From an uncultured Gammaproteobacteria bacterium (lineage in GTDB: Bacteria; Patescibacteriota; Patescibacteriia; UBA9934; CAZDDW01): DNA of 64,000 nt. Made by a program: the position numbers and the translations under genes. The stretch is from NCBI GenBank assembly GCA_964504365.1, contig CAZDDW010000001.1:68293-132292 (forward strand), written 5' to 3'. Of the stretch, positions 39,247-48,033 are shown in pieces. The notes under the pieces are model-generated. The model searched no databases and had not been told where the DNA came from. It saw only the letters and a list, made by a program, of their open reading frames with translations. How positions within the stretch are numbered: position 1 is the first letter of the stretch; each line of letters opens with the position of its first letter.

Positions 39247-41193
39247 ATGGCTATTGAAGTTGGAAAATTATCAAAAGCAACTCCGGCACCACCGGAAAAG
39301 CCAAAAGCTGTTAAACCGGAAAAGGCCAAGGTGGAGGCAGAGCGTGTTGCTCTTTCAGAAGAGCGTGAATATGTTAAAGGTGTGGTTTCTGTTCGCGACC
39401 TGATTGCCCCGGCTTCTTTTCAGGTTTTTCCAAAACATTTGCAGCTTGGTAGTAAGTTGGCCCGAACCTTCTTTATTATCGCTTATCCGCGTTATATTGG
39501 TGTTGGTTGGAGCTCGCCGGTCATTAATTTGAACTATACAATGGATGTGTCCATGTTCTTTTATCCTGTAAAAAGTGCTGTTATTTTGAAACAGATGCGT
39601 AAGAAAGTTGGAGTGCTTGAATCACAGATTGTGGCTGATTCAGAAAAGGGTAAGCCACGTGATCCAATTCGTGAAACAGCGTTACGTGATATTGAAAAGT
39701 TGCGTGATGATTTAACTCAAGGCGTAGAACATTTTTTCCAGTTTGCTTTTTACGTTACTATTTATGCTGATAACGAAGACGAGTTAGATAAAAGGAGTGA
39801 AGAGATTGAATCGATTTTTGGTTCGAAATTGATTTATTCACGCAAAGGTTTGTATCAGGCCGAGCAAGGCTTTAATTCGACCATGCCACTTGGTAATGAC
39901 GAGCTGATGATCACCTTTAACATGAATACTTCTCCGATTGCTTCCAGTTTTCCATTTATTTCTTCTGACCTGACTTCTGATGACGGCATCTTGTACGGCA
40001 TTAATCGACATAACAACAGCTTGATTTTGTTTGATCGTTTCAGTTTGCAAAATGCAAACTATGTTGTTTTTGCGACATCAGGCGCTGGAAAAAGCTACAC
40101 GATTAAATTAGAAATTATCAGGAGCATGATGCTAGGAACAGATATAATAGTTATTGATCCGGAAATGGAATACAAACGTTTATCAGATGCGGTCGGTGGA
40201 ACTTATATCAATATTTCACTCGCCTCAGAATCAAAAGTCAATCCGTTTGATTTGCCACGGCCAACTGGAGCAGCGGTGAAGGTTGATGATATTATTCGTT
40301 CCGCTGTGATTGTTCTTAAGGGTCTGCTACGGATCATGATCGGCCGTCCTGTCGGTGAAAAAGGTTCACTTGGTTTTACTCCAGAAGAAGATTCGTTACT
40401 TGATCGAGCATTGATTGAAACATATGCAAAGAAAGATATCACTCCAGCCACAGTTGATCTGACAGATATTGATCCACCAACCATGCAAGATTTACAAGAT
40501 ATTCTAGAGGGCATGGAAGGGACAGAAAATTTGGTTGCTCGTTTAAAGAAATATACTGAAGGAACATTTTCCGGTTTACTAAATTCACCAACGACTGTTG
40601 AGATGAATAATCAGTTAGTAGTTTTCTCTGTTCGTGATCTTGAAGATGAGCTGCGTCCTATTGCTCTGTACACGATCGTTAATTACATTTGGAACGTGGT
40701 TCGTTCAGAAAGCAAGAAACGAGTTCTGGCTATTGATGAGGCCTGGTGGTTAATGCAGCACGAAGATTCGGCTAAATTTATCTTTGCTTTAGTCAAGCGT
40801 GCTCGAAAGTACTATCTTGGAGTGACAACGATTACTCAGGACGTGAATGACTTCTTGCGCTCACCTTATGGTCAGGCGATCGTTACCAACTCGGCTATTC
40901 AGTTGTTAATGAAACAGTCACCAACCGCAGCTGATTTAGTGCAAAAGACTTTTGCTTTAACAGATTCTGAAAAATATTTATTAATGGAATCTGGGATTGG
41001 TGAAGGAATTTTCTTTGCTGGCAACAAGCACGCTGCAATTAAAGTGGTCGCTTCCTATACTGAGGACCAAATAATTACCACTGATCCAAAGCAACTCTTA
41101 GAGATCGAGCGACAGAAGAAAGAGTTTGCTGAGCAAATGAAAGCAGAAGCAGGAGAAGATGAAACAACAGAAGAAGTAAAAGAACAGAAATAA
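39247..41193 (+). CDS. virB4: VirB4-like conjugation/secretion ATPase
   Basis: Walker A ATSGAGKS, IDPEMEY, Walker B IDEAW, RARKY, ITQ. Confidence 0.88.
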   Translation: MAIEVGKLSKATPAPPEKPKAVKPEKAKVEAERVALSEEREYVKGVVSVRDLIAPASFQVFPKHLQLGSKLARTFFIIAYPRYIGVGWSSPVINLNYTMDVSMFFYPVKSAVILKQMRKKVGVLESQIVADSEKGKPRDPIRETALRDIEKLRDDLTQGVEHFFQFAFYVTIYADNEDELDKRSEEIESIFGSKLIYSRKGLYQAEQGFNSTMPLGNDELMITFNMNTSPIASSFPFISSDLTSDDGILYGINRHNNSLILFDRFSLQNANYVVFATSGAGKSYTIKLEIIRSMMLGTDIIVIDPEMEYKRLSDAVGGTYINISLASESKVNPFDLPRPTGAAVKVDDIIRSAVIVLKGLLRIMIGRPVGEKGSLGFTPEEDSLLDRALIETYAKKDITPATVDLTDIDPPTMQDLQDILEGMEGTENLVARLKKYTEGTFSGLLNSPTTVEMNNQLVVFSVRDLEDELRPIALYTIVNYIWNVVRSESKKRVLAIDEAWWLMQHEDSAKFIFALVKRARKYYLGVTTITQDVNDFLRSPYGQAIVTNSAIQLLMKQSPTAADLVQKTFALTDSEKYLLMESGIGEGIFFAGNKHAAIKVVASYTEDQIITTDPKQLLEIERQKKEFAEQMKAEAGEDETTEEVKEQK

Positions 41194-41194
41194 T

Positions 41195-41761
41195 ATGAGC
41201 AGACGAAATAAAATTATAATTGTTGTAGTTGCAGTACTGTTAATTCTGTTGGCTTTGTGGTTGCTTTGGTCAAGGTTTTTTAGAGTTGCACCTGAGACAA
41301 TAATAGTAATTCCTGAAGATGAGTTGGTGGCCGATATCGAGGAAACAGGTCCGGTTGAAATGATTGACGCTGAAGAATCATCTCGAGCACCGGTTGAAGT
41401 GTCTGTTGATTCCTTGGCAAGGACATTTGCTGAGCGTTATGCCAGCTATTCAAACGAGAGCGACTTTGCTAATTTGCACGACCTAGAACCACTGATGACT
41501 GAGTCAATGTGGGCTGAAACAGAAGTTTTAATTGATTCATTGGAGGTAGAAGATATATATCATGGTGTTACCTCGCGTGCGATTACGATCACTGTTCCTG
41601 CAATGGATGACAATGATTTAATGGTATCAGTTGAGGTGGTGATGCAGCGTGAAGATGCGCTAGGCAGTCCGCAGAATATTGAGATTAAGTATGAGACCTT
41701 GGTTTTGGATATGGTTAAGGAGTCTGGTACATGGAAGGTTGATGGAGCAACATGGCAATAG
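41195..41761 (+). CDS. Bitopic NTF2-fold protein (VirB8/TcpC-like)
   Basis: N-terminal TM, ARTFAERYASYS, terminal WKVD; follows VirB4. Confidence 0.55.
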   Translation: MSRRNKIIIVVVAVLLILLALWLLWSRFFRVAPETIIVIPEDELVADIEETGPVEMIDAEESSRAPVEVSVDSLARTFAERYASYSNESDFANLHDLEPLMTESMWAETEVLIDSLEVEDIYHGVTSRAITITVPAMDDNDLMVSVEVVMQREDALGSPQNIEIKYETLVLDMVKESGTWKVDGATWQ

Positions 41762-42462
41762 ATTTTAGTAAAATTAGAAATACTTGGAGGACCGCATTAA
41801 ACGCGGTCTTTCCTGTTTTTTGTACTCGTTGTGGGCTAGAAGGAGAGTTGTTGTGTGTTGATTGCCGTGGGGCGACCCGGATCGAGACCTTGGCACACAA
41901 ATGTCCGTTTTGTGATCGGGAAACTGCTTCTGGGGCAACTTGTCGGCGTTGTGCACGATCGAGCCAGCTTGATGGTTGCATTGCCTTGTCCCACTATGCT
42001 GAACCTGCGGTTAAAGGCGTGGTCAAGTCTTGGAAGTATGATAGTAATAAAAAAAGCGAGGCCATCATCCAGACCTGGCTTCGTCGATCGAATATCGCTA
42101 ATATGTTACAGGATTTGCCTTGGACTTTAGTGCCGATCAGTTTGCATCCAGCACGAGATCGTGAACGTGGATTTGATCAAGCAGTGATTTTGTCGCATCT
42201 TATCGCAGGTGAACTATCGCTACCGGTTGCCTCTGCTCTACGTCGCAGAAAACGAACCACGCCACAAGCTAGCCTTGGAGACCGCCGCCGCAGAGTCGGA
42301 GAAATGCGTGGATCGTTTGTACTCGCTGCAGACCCACCATCGCACGTGCTTCTGGTCGATGATGTGCTTACCTCTGGAACTACTCTCGACGCTGCAGCAC
42401 ACACTTTAAAACAATCTGGCTCCGAATTAGTCTGGGGCCTGGTCCTAGCACGGGGGAAATAA
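41752..42462 (+). CDS. comF: ComF family competence protein (double Zn ribbon plus PRTase)
   Basis: Four CxxC pairs, RERGFDQA, LLVDDVLTSGTT. Confidence 0.9.
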   Translation: MAIDFSKIRNTWRTALNAVFPVFCTRCGLEGELLCVDCRGATRIETLAHKCPFCDRETASGATCRRCARSSQLDGCIALSHYAEPAVKGVVKSWKYDSNKKSEAIIQTWLRRSNIANMLQDLPWTLVPISLHPARDRERGFDQAVILSHLIAGELSLPVASALRRRKRTTPQASLGDRRRRVGEMRGSFVLAADPPSHVLLVDDVLTSGTTLDAAAHTLKQSGSELVWGLVLARGK

Positions 42463-42486
42463 AGAACGCGGCCAGTTGGTCGCGTT

Positions 42487-43281
42487 TTAGAATCCATCTG
42501 CCCGAGCTAATTCGTAGAGCTTAGCCAGGCCCATGAGTAGAGTCAGTAGATGAATGGAAGAGTCAGTATTGTCAGGAACCAGGTGGTAGCCTTCATCTGT
42601 GTCTTCATCGCTGAAAGACTTGGTACCAATTCCAGCCGAATTACCAATAGTATCCAGGAAGATCCACTTTGGTGGCCTGGTCCAACAGCGACACTCGCTG
42701 ATCGAGCTGTCTCCCAGATCTGTCCAGATGTGACGCACGCTGGATTTGATTACCTCTGTAATCTGATCGGTTCTGCTCTGGTCTTCTTGCTGAGCAATCC
42801 AGGCAACCAATTGTTTGGAGACCATGGCAGAGATGGCTTTGGCCCCGATCTCATCGCTGTACACAGCCATGTGGTCAATCACCAAAAGCTGTGATTTGTC
42901 ATTGTCGATTTCCCCATCAAATCCATACAGCGCCAGAAAGAGAGTCCAGAGAGACCCAGTCAAAGCCCGCATGGCTTTCCAAGCATCAGGATCAGGTTTG
43001 CTGGCTTGGGGTAAGGTGCACTGCCAACAGATCCAGTCGTCTTCTGAGTCAACGACCGAGATAATTGGCCCGAACCCCCATCGCTGCTCGGTTGAATCAA
43101 TGAATGCTGGTAACTCTGGTCTAGATTCGAGCAGGTCTGTTACTTCAAGGAAATCAGCTTTTACATACTGCCGGACAAAAGCAGCAGCTAGTGGATGAAC
43201 GCGAATGGTCAGAGTTGGGCCGTCAGCTGATAGTTCATACCAGGCCGGGACATTGCTGTCCAAGATTTCAAAAGGCCGCAT
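42487..43281 (-). CDS. Hypothetical protein
   Basis: Long ORF with GGAGG RBS; no recognisable motif. Confidence 0.6.
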   Translation of the reverse strand: MRPFEILDSNVPAWYELSADGPTLTIRVHPLAAAFVRQYVKADFLEVTDLLESRPELPAFIDSTEQRWGFGPIISVVDSEDDWICWQCTLPQASKPDPDAWKAMRALTGSLWTLFLALYGFDGEIDNDKSQLLVIDHMAVYSDEIGAKAISAMVSKQLVAWIAQQEDQSRTDQITEVIKSSVRHIWTDLGDSSISECRCWTRPPKWIFLDTIGNSAGIGTKSFSDEDTDEGYHLVPDNTDSSIHLLTLLMGLAKLYELARADGF

Positions 43282-43352
43282 CATTCCTCCGTGAACTGAC
43301 CTTAACAAAAAAACCAACCCTGAGCAAGGTTGGTTTTGTTTGTTCGATTGTA

Positions 43353-43799
43353 TTACGGTCGGTAAATTATCTTGTCGATATAGTTCTGAGCGATCTTGGT
43401 GCTAGGGAAGAACATCTTCTCTGGCAAGGCTTCAAGGTCAAACCATTGCCACTCAGTGATTTCGTCTGGTTCCATAACCTTTACTTCGCCTTCGAACTCA
43501 GTACATAGGAATCCGATAGTAACAAACTGAGCATCTGGAACTTGATCATTGGCCAAGCTAATGAATTCAAGCGAATCTTCATTGATTGTTAGATCTGTTT
43601 CTTCTAGCACTTCACGTGCTGCAGCTCTTTCAAACGATTCACCAAACTCGATCTTGCCCCCAGGCATGGTCCAGGTGCCTTCACCATGTAATTCTGAATC
43701 AGCTTTTTCAGGATCCTCATGTCGACGACCAAGCAGGACCTGCCCGTCTTTGAACATCATCACCCCAAAGCCAACCCCTACTTTATATTGTCCACTCAT
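43353..43799 (-). CDS. NUDIX hydrolase (NUDT15/MutT-like)
   Basis: PGGKIEFGESFERAAAREVLEET, MEPDEITEWQWF. Confidence 0.88.
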   Translation of the reverse strand: MSGQYKVGVGFGVMMFKDGQVLLGRRHEDPEKADSELHGEGTWTMPGGKIEFGESFERAAAREVLEETDLTINEDSLEFISLANDQVPDAQFVTIGFLCTEFEGEVKVMEPDEITEWQWFDLEALPEKMFFPSTKIAQNYIDKIIYRP

Positions 43800-43903
43800 A
43801 GTTTTTTCAATTAATACTATAAACAAAATACCACGCTTTCACGTGACATTTCAAATCCTTCTGGCCCTGCCGGCCGAAGCTCTTCTGCTTCGAATGCGAA
43901 GGC

Positions 43904-43980
43904 TGGTGCACCCGGCACGGCTCGAACGTGCGACCTTCGGCTCCGCAAGCCGACGCTCTATCCAACTGAGCTACGGGTGC
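43904..43980 (-). tRNA. tRNA-Arg (anticodon GCG)
   Basis: GCACCCG/CGGGTGC acceptor plus ACCA; anticodon arm TCGGC-TT GCG GA-GCCGA; GTTCGAG T-loop. Confidence 0.92.
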
Positions 43981-43998
43981 ATAATTTGTACCTTCTGG

Positions 43999-44508
43999 TT
44001 ACAATTTATACATCCTAGTGAGCATGTCTGTCAAGGTCTCGTCGTTTCGTTTCAAATCTTCGGTCACATATGGCAATAAAGCCTCACGCACCACATTTGG
44101 GTCTGTTTCTTCAAGCGACACAGACATAAACGGTCGCCAACCACTGTGAAAATCAATATATAAAGTCTTAACCTCAGGCGGCTCATAGACAATGGAAAAA
44201 TTTCGCAGGTCTTTGAACGGATAAAAAGTCGGACCAATAAGAGCGCCCATATTAGTGATAACAACTTCAATCCGTTGAGGTTCACGCATTCCAGAAAGAA
44301 AGCTGATTATGCCAAACATGAGAATAATTACCGCAAATAAGAAGTTTGCTGTCATCAATGCATAGATAATTAAACCAACACCGATTATCGTAATCGCGAT
44401 ATACCAAAATACAGATCGCTGGTGGCGGGTGTATTCATCAACCTCCCAGCCAATGATAGTTTGGCCATATGGGTTTATTTCTTGTGTAATAGGCTCGTTC
44501 TCTGGCAT
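43999..44508 (-). CDS. Conserved CPR two-TM membrane protein (DUF5673-like)
   Basis: W...EY..HQRS..WY, two TMs, soluble C-terminus; start trimmed to ATG 44508 to avoid the tRNAs. Confidence 0.65.
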   Translation of the reverse strand: MPENEPITQEINPYGQTIIGWEVDEYTRHQRSVFWYIAITIIGVGLIIYALMTANFLFAVIILMFGIISFLSGMREPQRIEVVITNMGALIGPTFYPFKDLRNFSIVYEPPEVKTLYIDFHSGWRPFMSVSLEETDPNVVREALLPYVTEDLKRNDETLTDMLTRMYKL

Positions 44509-44577
44509 ACTAGGTATATTATACTTGATTTTTTTGTTTATATCTAGTATTATATCCGCACTCAACCCGCTGATTGT

Positions 44578-44667
44578 GGAGAGGTGCCTGAGTGGTTGAA
44601 AGGGGCACCCTGCTAAGGTGTTAGCTGCGTAAGTGGCTCGAGGGTTCGAATCCCTCCCTCTCCGCCA
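44578..44667 (+). tRNA. tRNA-Ser (GCT)
   Basis: GGAGAGG...CCTCTCC-GCCA, GCACC-CT GCT AA-GGTGT, long variable arm. Confidence 0.95.
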
Positions 44668-44694
44668 TGAGCGGGCTGAGTGACAATTTAATAC

Positions 44695-44856
<162 letters not shown>

Positions 44857-44912
44857 TAGTGGTTGGATCCGCTGGTGTTCACGTGGCAAGCCTTTTGATA
44901 TACTAAGATTAT

Positions 44913-45170
44913 ATGTTTTATGTTTATGTGCTTGAAAGTGGACTAACTAAAGAATGGTATATTGGTTTTTCAAGAGATCTGCGAGCTAGAATAAAAAGAC
45001 ACAATCAACAAGGGAACAGATCTACAGCATATAAAGGGCCTTGGAAATTGATATATTACGAGGCTTATCAGAATCAAGGTGATGCATTGGGTCGAGAGAG
45101 GTTTTTGAAAAGTGGCTCAGGAAGGAGATTCTTGAAAAAACAGATGAGGCATTATTTGAAGTTGGTATAA
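44913..45170 (+). CDS. GIY-YIG nuclease family protein
   Basis: FYVYVL...WYIGFS.DL..R...HN, LIYYEAY, RERFLKSG. Confidence 0.9.
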   Translation: MFYVYVLESGLTKEWYIGFSRDLRARIKRHNQQGNRSTAYKGPWKLIYYEAYQNQGDALGRERFLKSGSGRRFLKKQMRHYLKLV

Positions 45171-45211
45171 AGGATCGTCTTGTTTACCCAAGGCGATTTT
45201 TTGTTTGTGGG

Positions 45212-45404
45212 TTGACAGAACGGCCGATTTAATCTATCCTACCTATCACTATGAATAATAGAAATTACCACAACGGGAAAGTCTTTACGGACGGCATTTA
45301 TATGCCGGAGCTTTTTGCTTCTTTTTCATTCCCGAGTGGTAAGGCGCTGATGTTCTAAATTTAACATCAACTCCTAGTCGGCTCGGGAATATCCCGAGTT
45401 TTTT
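45212..45404 (+). promoter_or_regulatory. Promoter plus candidate leader-peptide attenuator
   Basis: TTGACA-17-TATCCT; 35-codon uORF 45251-45358; mutually exclusive stems; terminator CTCGGGA-ATA-TCCCGAG-TTTTTT. Confidence 0.7.
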
Positions 45405-45448
45405 GATTTACCACGTCGTTCGCGAACGAAGTGGTTTAGGAGACAGAA

Positions 45449-46618
45449 ATGAAACCAGCGACCGTCTACTACATCTTCATTGCTCTTTTACATCTTGGCA
45501 TGGGCGTAATCGTGACTGGTTATGTGCCTTTCTTGCTCTCAATCGGAATCAGTCTTGGTCAGGTAGCCTTAACCAACGCCTTATATTGGACAGGAATAGT
45601 CTTACTTGAATTGCCAACCGGCATGTTGGCTGATGGCCGTAGTAGAGCATGGACACTTAGGGTCGGGGCCTTGGCCCTTGCTGCATCTGCGCTCATATAT
45701 GCCTGTGCTAATGGTTTGCATATGGCAATTTTGGCTGAGTTATTTGGTGCTTTGTCAATTGCTTTTCAGTCCGGTGCTCTACAGGCTTGGATTACAGATG
45801 CCTTGGATCGTAATGGGCAAGGCCAGGAAAGACGAAAGGTCTTTGCAACCGGAGCTATTGTTAGAGGCAGCTCAGCGTTAATTGGTGGTGTTCTTGGAGC
45901 AGGCCTTGCTTGTCTGCATTATCGGCTGATCTGGATACCACTGATCGTTCTGTCCCTTTTTGCTTACGTTTTTGCCAAGTATCAGATGAACGGGCAAGGT
46001 GAGCCGCTGGAGCGAGTGTCCGAGATCAAGGCCCTGAAACAAAGCCTGACGTTGCTTCGAACTAATCGTTCTGTCCGTTGGGTCATCCTTGCCTTCATCT
46101 TGTTCGGCACAATTGTCTGCTTTAACATCTACTGGTCACCCTTTTTCAAGGAATACGTGGGACAGCTCAACCTTGGTTGGGTTTGGTTGGTCATGTATTT
46201 TCCTTGTGTCTTTGGTGGTTGGATAGTTCGGCGATTAACAGTGCCGCAAGGGCAAGAAGGGGGTTACTTGGTTCTGTCTTTGATTGGCACAGGTGCGGGG
46301 ATGATGATTTTGGCTTTTGCTGGACCTTTGTATACTGCCTTAGCTGCGGTGGTGGTTCACGAGATCAGTCGAGGATTGTTTGAGCCCTTGAATGATTCGT
46401 TTGTCCAGCATCGGGTTAGTAGTTCATATCGAGCAACATTTGGTTCCTTGCAATCCTTGATCGGCCGCTTAGGGTTTGCTTTGGTGCCATTGGCGACCTG
46501 GATCTGCTTACCTGACTTTCCTGATTCAACAGCCACAATCAGATTGATTTGGTTGGTAGCCGGATCTGTCTTGGTTATCGGTACCCTGCCCCTTTGGTTA
46601 ATTCGCCCTCGAACTTAG
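45449..46618 (+). CDS. MFS transporter
   Basis: ELPTGMLADGRSR motif A-like, about 12 TMs, AGGAG RBS. Confidence 0.88.
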   Translation: MKPATVYYIFIALLHLGMGVIVTGYVPFLLSIGISLGQVALTNALYWTGIVLLELPTGMLADGRSRAWTLRVGALALAASALIYACANGLHMAILAELFGALSIAFQSGALQAWITDALDRNGQGQERRKVFATGAIVRGSSALIGGVLGAGLACLHYRLIWIPLIVLSLFAYVFAKYQMNGQGEPLERVSEIKALKQSLTLLRTNRSVRWVILAFILFGTIVCFNIYWSPFFKEYVGQLNLGWVWLVMYFPCVFGGWIVRRLTVPQGQEGGYLVLSLIGTGAGMMILAFAGPLYTALAAVVVHEISRGLFEPLNDSFVQHRVSSSYRATFGSLQSLIGRLGFALVPLATWICLPDFPDSTATIRLIWLVAGSVLVIGTLPLWLIRPRT

Positions 46619-46626
46619 CCACTTCC

Positions 46627-46652
46627 ATACCACGCCCAGGCGTGGTATTTTA
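46627..46652 (+). terminator. Intrinsic terminator
   Basis: ATACCACGC-CCAG-GCGTGGTAT plus T-rich tail. Confidence 0.65.
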
Positions 46653-46659
46653 TTTAGGT

Positions 46660-48033
46660 ATGGAAACATTGATTATTATCATCGCTATTCTTTTTTGTGT
46701 TTTTTTAGCTATTCGTCCGGTGCGTTGGTTGAATATGGCCACCGGACCTTTGCTGATCCTGGCTTTGCTTTTTATTTTTCAGGTTATTGATCTAGGAACG
46801 ATTTGGCAGGGAATTATTGATAATGGTCAAATGCAACCATGGAAGATTTTAGTTATTTTCTTTTCCGTTGCCTATGTCAGTATTAGTACTGACATGACCG
46901 GAATTTTTGATTATATTGCCTATCGTGTTATTCGGGCAGCCAACGGTAGTGGGTTTAGATTGTTTGTCTTCTTTTACATTTTTGCTTGTCTTTTGACTAC
47001 GGTTACATCGAATGACATAGTTATTCTAACTTTGACACCAATTATTTTTTATCTTGGACGACACGCTAAGTTGAACGTTGTTCCGTTGTTGTTTGCTGAA
47101 TTTTTTGGAGCAAATGCAGCCAGTATGCTGCTTTTTATAAGTAGTCCAACCAATATTATTATTGGGACATCTTTAGGTATTGGTTTCTCTGAGTATTTAA
47201 GCAACATGTGGTTACCAACTCTTGTGGCCATTGTGATCAACTTAGTGTTGCTGGTTGTGGTTTTTCGAAAAAAGATTACTCAGAAATATACTGTTAAAAA
47301 AAGTTCGAATTATCATGTGCGAAATTGGTTTGATGCTTTGATGAGTTCCGGGATGTTGCTTTTGATGTTGGTGTTATTGATTCTGTCCGACAAGTTTGAT
47401 CTAAGTATTTGGATTATTACTCTCACTTTTGCCGCGATCTTCATTGTCCAGGATCTTGTTTTCGGGCTGTACTATCATATTAAAGAATCACGACTTTCTC
47501 CTGCTCAGCTAAAGAAAGGCAAAGATGTTTATGGGATTCCTGAAAATAAGAATGAATTTTGGATGGCCTGGCAACGTGTCCCTTGGAAGATCTTGCCTTT
47601 TATTGCTGTAATTTTTGTTTTGGTTCAGGGGTTAAATGATTATGGGTTTATCGACATCTTGGCCACGGTTTTATCTAATGTGTCGACCACGGTTTTCTCT
47701 GGAATTTTTATTATGGGGTCTGCAGCTTTTGTTTTGGCCAACATGATCATTGATCAGCCCATGACGATTTTAATGAGCAACGTTTTGACCAGTGACAACT
47801 TCTTGGTTAGTGAATCAGTAAGAAATGCTAGTGCCTACGCGATTTTGATCGCCAGCAACCTAGCTACGAATTTGACTATTATTGGAGCCCTGGCTGGATT
47901 AATGTGGAAACAAATATTAAGAACTAAAGGAATTAAGATTAGTTATCGCGACTTTTTGATCAAAGGCCTACAGATTACACCAATCGTTTTTGTGGTAACA
48001 TGTTTGACACTATGGTTCAGCTTTCTGATTTAG
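46660..48033 (+). CDS. ArsB/NhaD (IT superfamily) permease
   Basis: SNDIVILTLTP, SSPTNII, NLTIIGALAGLMW. Confidence 0.85.
   Translation: METLIIIIAILFCVFLAIRPVRWLNMATGPLLILALLFIFQVIDLGTIWQGIIDNGQMQPWKILVIFFSVAYVSISTDMTGIFDYIAYRVIRAANGSGFRLFVFFYIFACLLTTVTSNDIVILTLTPIIFYLGRHAKLNVVPLLFAEFFGANAASMLLFISSPTNIIIGTSLGIGFSEYLSNMWLPTLVAIVINLVLLVVVFRKKITQKYTVKKSSNYHVRNWFDALMSSGMLLLMLVLLILSDKFDLSIWIITLTFAAIFIVQDLVFGLYYHIKESRLSPAQLKKGKDVYGIPENKNEFWMAWQRVPWKILPFIAVIFVLVQGLNDYGFIDILATVLSNVSTTVFSGIFIMGSAAFVLANMIIDQPMTILMSNVLTSDNFLVSESVRNASAYAILIASNLATNLTIIGALAGLMWKQILRTKGIKISYRDFLIKGLQITPIVFVVTCLTLWFSFLI

Noticed and set aside
33712-42462. Integrative conjugative element
   Set aside because: No integrase, relaxase, coupling protein or att repeats in the window; composition and SD-less starts match core genes
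45178-45189. TCTTGTTTACCC shared with about 30650-30661
   Set aside because: A 12-nt match is expected by chance at this window size
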